Of a DNA stretch of 64,000 nt, positions 59,304 to 64,000 are shown piece by piece (positions within the stretch are counted from its first letter, which is position 1; every line of letters starts with the position of its first letter). The notes beneath the pieces are model-generated. The model had not been told where the DNA came from and made no database searches. It worked only from the letters and a program-made list of their open reading frames with translations. The position numbers and the translations under genes were made by a program. The DNA comes from Desulfurococcales archaeon (GTDB lineage Archaea; Thermoproteota; Thermoprotei_A; Sulfolobales; Desulfurococcaceae). The stretch is taken from contig JALVYU010000007.1 of the NCBI GenBank assembly GCA_027022365.1, forward strand, positions 32,001-96,000, written 5' to 3'.

Positions 59304-60557
59304 TTATCTTCTCCTTCTTCCTCTTCTCCTCCTACCTTTGCCCCTCTTCCTCGGGGGTCTAGGCCTAGAGGGTTTCTCTTCTTTCTTTCTGGCCGGCGGT
59401 TTCGCGTAAAGCTTCTTGATCTCCTCGATTCTCTTCTCGAGTTCTTCCTTCAGTTTATCTCCAATGAACCTACCTGTGAAGAAGTCGACCTTGGCTGCGA
59501 TGGCAAGTTTTGCAGCGAGCGCTCTCGCGATCTTACCGCGCTGCCATCTCGGACTTCTATGTATTGCCGGGTACTGAAATATCACGCCGTGCTTGGGTGG
59601 TTTACCACCTGTCCTCAGTGCTCTGAACAATGCTTTTTCTGCTCCTAACACCTGGATTGTGCTGGCAGGCATTTTCGCCAGGTTTTCGAGGCCGCCAGCT
59701 AGGCTTAGGAGCCTCGCACCCAGCTTGGGGCCTACGAGTGCCGTTATGTTTGGTGCAACCTCCTTCATTATGGCCTCTATGTATCCCTCGAGGGTCTCGC
59801 GGAGCTTGTAGAGTTCTAGTATGATGCCTGCAAGCGTCTTGATGTACTCTATGTCGAAGTCGCTTAGGTCTGCGCCCATGCTCTTCTTAGCCGCTTCAGC
59901 GATCTTCTCGGCTTTCTGTTCGCTGAACCCTAGCTTCATCAGGTTCTCTTTTGTTATGTTCATACGATGTCCTAGCTCGTAGACTATCTTCGCGTAGTCG
60001 AGATGTTCTCTGACCAGCTCATCGAGCTCGGGGAAGTGGAGGCTATACCATTCCCTAAGCCTTGCGACGTACAGGTTTATAGTCTTGTCTATATCGTCAA
60101 TAGTCCTTATGGCCTGAACAGCTAACATGTCACGCTTCTGTGCTGCACGCCTTAGTTTTCTCCTAGTAGTTTCAACGAGTATTTCATGTAATGTTGAGAA
60201 GAAGCTTTCTTCATCCACGGCGAAACCGTTCTCAACACCATATTTCGCTAGGTTCTCTCGTAGAATAATTGCGCCCTTGTGGGCAACCTGTACTTCGGGC
60301 TCCAGCCCCGCTTTTGACACGTGCTTACCGATCTCAGGGGTCTCCACGACGATATGGGTATATCCCTTCTCCTTCAGCTGCTCCAATACTTCTCTTAGCT
60401 GAGGAGTCTCGGCCCCCTCCTCGAGCCTGAGAAGATACTCCACGTTATCGTCGAGATTCTTTGGCGCAAGAGACTTTGCTACGACCTCTCCGTTCTCATC
60501 AAATGCAAATACGCCTACCACCGATTCAGCTAGATATGCCTTCTTCATCACAATCAC
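59304..60557 (-). CDS. nop5: Nop5 (Nop56/58)
   Basis: REWYSLHFPEL, PASTIQVLGAEKALF, PPKHG. Confidence 0.97.
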   Translation of the reverse strand: MIVMKKAYLAESVVGVFAFDENGEVVAKSLAPKNLDDNVEYLLRLEEGAETPQLREVLEQLKEKGYTHIVVETPEIGKHVSKAGLEPEVQVAHKGAIILRENLAKYGVENGFAVDEESFFSTLHEILVETTRRKLRRAAQKRDMLAVQAIRTIDDIDKTINLYVARLREWYSLHFPELDELVREHLDYAKIVYELGHRMNITKENLMKLGFSEQKAEKIAEAAKKSMGADLSDFDIEYIKTLAGIILELYKLRETLEGYIEAIMKEVAPNITALVGPKLGARLLSLAGGLENLAKMPASTIQVLGAEKALFRALRTGGKPPKHGVIFQYPAIHRSPRWQRGKIARALAAKLAIAAKVDFFTGRFIGDKLKEELEKRIEEIKKLYAKPPARKKEEKPSRPRPPRKRGKGRRRRGRRRR

Positions 60558-60703
60558 CAGACCTATATTGATCAGTAGGTTTTACTGGTTATTTAAACCC
60601 AGTTATAATGTATTCTAATACATTAATAATCCACCGCCACTTTAGAGATAAAAGATTTATATGGTATTAATCCAGAATAGCCAAAGCAGGAGGATGAAAA
60701 AAC

Positions 60704-60877
60704 ATGCCGAGCCACGGATCGCTTACAAAAGCTGGAAAGGTAAGGAGCCAGACACCGAAGATACCGCCTAAGCCTAAGAAGAACAAACCACCCAGGATGA
60801 GGAATAGATGGGAGTATGTACGTAGGGTGATCCTAGCGCCACAGCAAGTAGTGCGTGGTAGAAGGAGGAGAAGGTAG
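60704..60877 (+). CDS. rps30e: 30S ribosomal protein S30e (missing from the ORF track)
   Basis: Translated by hand: [35 protein letters not shown]...RRRRR*; GGAGG SD. Confidence 0.95.
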   Translation: MPSHGSLTKAGKVRSQTPKIPPKPKKNKPPRMRNRWEYVRRVILAPQQVVRGRRRRR

Positions 60878-61063
60878 ACATAAAACAACTGGTTTACCTA
60901 TAGGGTAGTTTTAGGGCTTCTCTGGTCTGTTTTGAGATTTTTCTTAATCCAATGTCTCAGCACGTAGAATATTCTATCGTGCAATATAGTTGATAATTTC
61001 TGATATGATCAGAATTATTCTTAATACTATGCCTCCATACTCATTTACATCAGGTGTAGCGTA

Positions 61064-62422
61064 TTGAATAGTGTGGATGAAGCTTATCTGGGCTATAAAG
61101 GTAGAGTAGCCGGTATCCTTAAAAATATGGGCTTCGACGTTGGTGATCGGATAAAGATAGTTCGCGGCGATAGAGTATTTGAAGGAGTATTAATGCCGCG
61201 CGAAAAATTATATGGCTCTAGACCAATTGTAGTGATCAAGCTGGACAACGGCTACAATGTTGGTGTTAGAATAGATGAGACCACAAGGATAGAACTCGTT
61301 GAAAAGAAGAAACAACGTGTATACACAAAGCCTAAAATAGTTCAACGATCTGACCTGCCCCATGTCGCCTTTCTTAGTACGGGAGGCACAATTGTTTCAA
61401 AAGTCGATTACGAAACAGGCGCCGTGAAACCTGCATTGAGTGTTGAAGAACTACTTGAATGGGTGCCGGAAATAGGTGAGACAGCATACATTGATGCTAA
61501 GATCATACTAAACGTGTTCTCCGAAGACCTAACCCCTAGCCACTGGGCCCTTATAGCTGAGAAAGTATATGAGGAGTTCAAGAAAGGAAAAGCCGGTGTA
61601 GTGATCGCTCATGGAACCGACACCATGGGGTACACAGCCGCTGCACTCGCATTTGCCATAAGAAGAAAACCGGGCCCAATAGTATTTGTAGGTGCTCAGA
61701 GAAGCAGCGATAGACCCAGCACCGACTCGGCATTTAATCTTAAATCAGCTTTCCTGGTAGCAGCCCAGGCTGACATAGCGGAGTCAGTAGTCGTAATGCA
61801 TGGTGAAACAGGAGATACATATGCACTCGTGCACAGAGGTGTAAAAGTCAGGAAAATGCATACAAGTAGAAGAGACGCTTTCCAGTCAATAAATGATCTA
61901 CCTGTAGCGAGAGTTTTTCCAGACGAAAAGAAAATCGAGATCATTGGAAGAGTGTTGCATCGAAGGAGCAAAGACGGAGAACCCGTGCTAAGGAACAAGT
62001 TTGATGACAAGGTGGCTCTAATAAAGTTCTATCCGGGCATGCATCCGGACATATTCGAACACCTTATCGATGACGGCTACCACGGCATAGTAGTGGAGGG
62101 AACAGGGCTAGGCCATATAGCTAATAGGCTCATTCCTGTGCTCGAAAAAGCTCGGAAAGAGGGAGTTCCTGTGGTCATAACTAGCCAGTGCCTCTTCGGT
62201 AGAATAGACCTGTACGTATATAGTACGGGGCGTAGACTCATAGAAGCAGGAGTCATACCGGGTAGTGACATGTTGCCAGAAACGGCCTACGTAAAACTAT
62301 CATGGATTCTCGGTTCTCATACAACTGATTTGGATAAGGTAAGGGAGCTCATGCTGAAGAACTTCGAGGGAGAGATCAACCCGCGTCTAACCGTTAATCT
62401 ATACCCGAGGTGGATAATATGA
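61064..62422 (+). CDS. gatD: Glu-tRNA(Gln) amidotransferase subunit D
   Basis: [35 protein letters not shown]. Confidence 0.97.
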   Translation: MNSVDEAYLGYKGRVAGILKNMGFDVGDRIKIVRGDRVFEGVLMPREKLYGSRPIVVIKLDNGYNVGVRIDETTRIELVEKKKQRVYTKPKIVQRSDLPHVAFLSTGGTIVSKVDYETGAVKPALSVEELLEWVPEIGETAYIDAKIILNVFSEDLTPSHWALIAEKVYEEFKKGKAGVVIAHGTDTMGYTAAALAFAIRRKPGPIVFVGAQRSSDRPSTDSAFNLKSAFLVAAQADIAESVVVMHGETGDTYALVHRGVKVRKMHTSRRDAFQSINDLPVARVFPDEKKIEIIGRVLHRRSKDGEPVLRNKFDDKVALIKFYPGMHPDIFEHLIDDGYHGIVVEGTGLGHIANRLIPVLEKARKEGVPVVITSQCLFGRIDLYVYSTGRRLIEAGVIPGSDMLPETAYVKLSWILGSHTTDLDKVRELMLKNFEGEINPRLTVNLYPRWII

Positions 62423-64000
62423 TCGATTACAAGACCCTAGGCCTCAAAGTAGGGCTTGAAATACATATACAGCTGGATACAAAGCATAAGCTGTTCTGCA
62501 ATTGTCCAACAAAACTAGTAGAGGAGGCATCGGAGGATAAGTTTGTTCGGGAACTAAGGCCAGCGAGAAGCGAGCTAGGAGAAGTGGATGAGGCCGCGCT
62601 CCTTGAGTGGAGGAAAGGGGTAAAATACCTCTACCACGCCCCTCGGCCATCTTCATGTCTTGTGGAAGCCGATGAGGAGCCTCCCCACGAAATTAACCGC
62701 GAGGCACTAGTAACTGCTCTCGCCGTAGCTAAGGCGCTCAACATGTATATTGTCGACGAGATACACGTTATGAGAAAAATAGTGATAGATGGAAGCAATA
62801 CGAGTGGGTTCCAGAGAACATCGATCATAGCGCTCGACGGCTATCTATATGATGGCGAGAAAAAGATAGGTATACAGACACTATGCCTCGAAGAAGACGC
62901 AGCTCGCAAAATATCTCAGAGCAAGGGATTCGTTGAATACAAGCTTGACAGGCTAGGTATACCGTTGATAGAAATCGCTACTGCTCCCGATATAAACGAT
63001 CCTGATGAGGCCGAAAGGGTAGCTTTCAAAATAGGGCAGCTTGTACGGCTAACAGGTAAGGCAAAGCGTGGCCTAGGAACAATAAGACAAGACCTAAACG
63101 TATCCATACGTGGCGGCGAAAAAATAGAGATCAAAGGAGTACAGCATCTTTACCTTATTAGCAAAGTCGTAGCATATGAGGCTCTTAGACAAAAAACACT
63201 GCTCGAAATAAGAGATGAACTTCAGAGAAGAGGGCTTACCCCGGAGGATATTGTCAGCGACTTTAAAGATGTATCCGAGATCTTTCGTGGCACGAAATCG
63301 AAGATCATACGCAGAGCTATACAGAGGAAGGATAGTGGTGTATACGCTGTAGTCCTGAGGGGATTCAAGGGCTTGCTGGGTCGTGAAGTACAGCCTGGTA
63401 GGCGCTTTGGAACAGAACTCGCGGACTATGCTCGTGTATGGGGAGGAGTAGGAGGAATATTCCATACAGACGAGCTACCAGCATATGGTATCACAGAGGA
63501 GGAAGTAGATAGGCTGTACGAAGTACTAGGCGCTGATAAAGAGAGAGACGCGATCGTCATAGTAGCTGATAGACGTGATAAGGCGGTCAAAGCCCTAGAA
63601 GCAGTAGTTATGAGGGCCAAGATGGCTTTCCAGGGAGTTCCTCCCGAAACACGTGCAGCGAATCCAGATGGAACGACAAAATATATGAGGCCAAGGCCTG
63701 GCTCGGCCAGGATGTATCCCGAAACAGACATACCGCCCGTACTGGTTGATGATAAGCTTCTCAGTGAAGCAGAAGAACTTGTGCCTGAGCCCTTCGATAA
63801 GAAGCTAGAGAGATATATCAAGGAGTATGGTCTCAGTAAAGAACTAGCAACCACGATACTAAACGATCTAAGGCTCGACCTGTTCGAAGCGCTAGTGGAG
63901 AAATACAGAGAATATGTGAGCCCGACACTTATAGCGTCAACAATAACTAATACGTTGAAAATGCTCAAAGGAGAAGGTGTACCCATCGAGAACATTGAGG
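62419..64000 (+). CDS. gatE: Glu-tRNA(Gln) amidotransferase subunit E (runs off the window; missing from the ORF track)
   Basis: ATG 62419: [52 protein letters not shown]. Confidence 0.97.
   Translation, partial: MIDYKTLGLKVGLEIHIQLDTKHKLFCNCPTKLVEEASEDKFVRELRPARSELGEVDEAALLEWRKGVKYLYHAPRPSSCLVEADEEPPHEINREALVTALAVAKALNMYIVDEIHVMRKIVIDGSNTSGFQRTSIIALDGYLYDGEKKIGIQTLCLEEDAARKISQSKGFVEYKLDRLGIPLIEIATAPDINDPDEAERVAFKIGQLVRLTGKAKRGLGTIRQDLNVSIRGGEKIEIKGVQHLYLISKVVAYEALRQKTLLEIRDELQRRGLTPEDIVSDFKDVSEIFRGTKSKIIRRAIQRKDSGVYAVVLRGFKGLLGREVQPGRRFGTELADYARVWGGVGGIFHTDELPAYGITEEEVDRLYEVLGADKERDAIVIVADRRDKAVKALEAVVMRAKMAFQGVPPETRAANPDGTTKYMRPRPGSARMYPETDIPPVLVDDKLLSEAEELVPEPFDKKLERYIKEYGLSKELATTILNDLRLDLFEALVEKYREYVSPTLIASTITNTLKMLKGEGVPIENIE

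Overview
Archaeal core-genome window. Gene content (eS25, eS30, the cdc6-rfcLS-gins23-mcm cluster, gar1-tfb-TFEbeta, an MCM intein, frequent TTG starts) points to a hyperthermophilic crenarchaeon, probably Desulfurococcales/Desulfurococcaceae; this is inferred, not searched. About 65 CDS cover replication, tRNA/rRNA processing, translation, peptide fermentation (AOR, ADP-forming acyl-CoA synthetase) and transport. There are three tRNAs (Ile-GAT; Gly-TCC with an unusual C33; Pro-GGG with a 35-nt intron), several box C/D guide RNAs, a 420-aa intein in MCM, a shattered KaiC-like pseudogene, a herA-nurA paralogue pair and a solo cas4. No CRISPR array, IS element or integrase was seen. The least explained signals are: (i) a tRNA-Pro intron whose loop is an 11-nt perfect antisense copy of its own tRNA D-arm; (ii) a clustered GTAATACC/RGTATTAC motif shared by the upstream regions of a Zn-ribbon gene, the gar1-tfb2 operon and an odd two-domain protein, suggesting a cell-cycle-type regulon; (iii) C33 in tRNA-Gly; (iv) an atypical stem-closed C/D-like RNA. 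Family assignments and rRNA targets come from motif recognition and recalled consensus sequences, not database searches.
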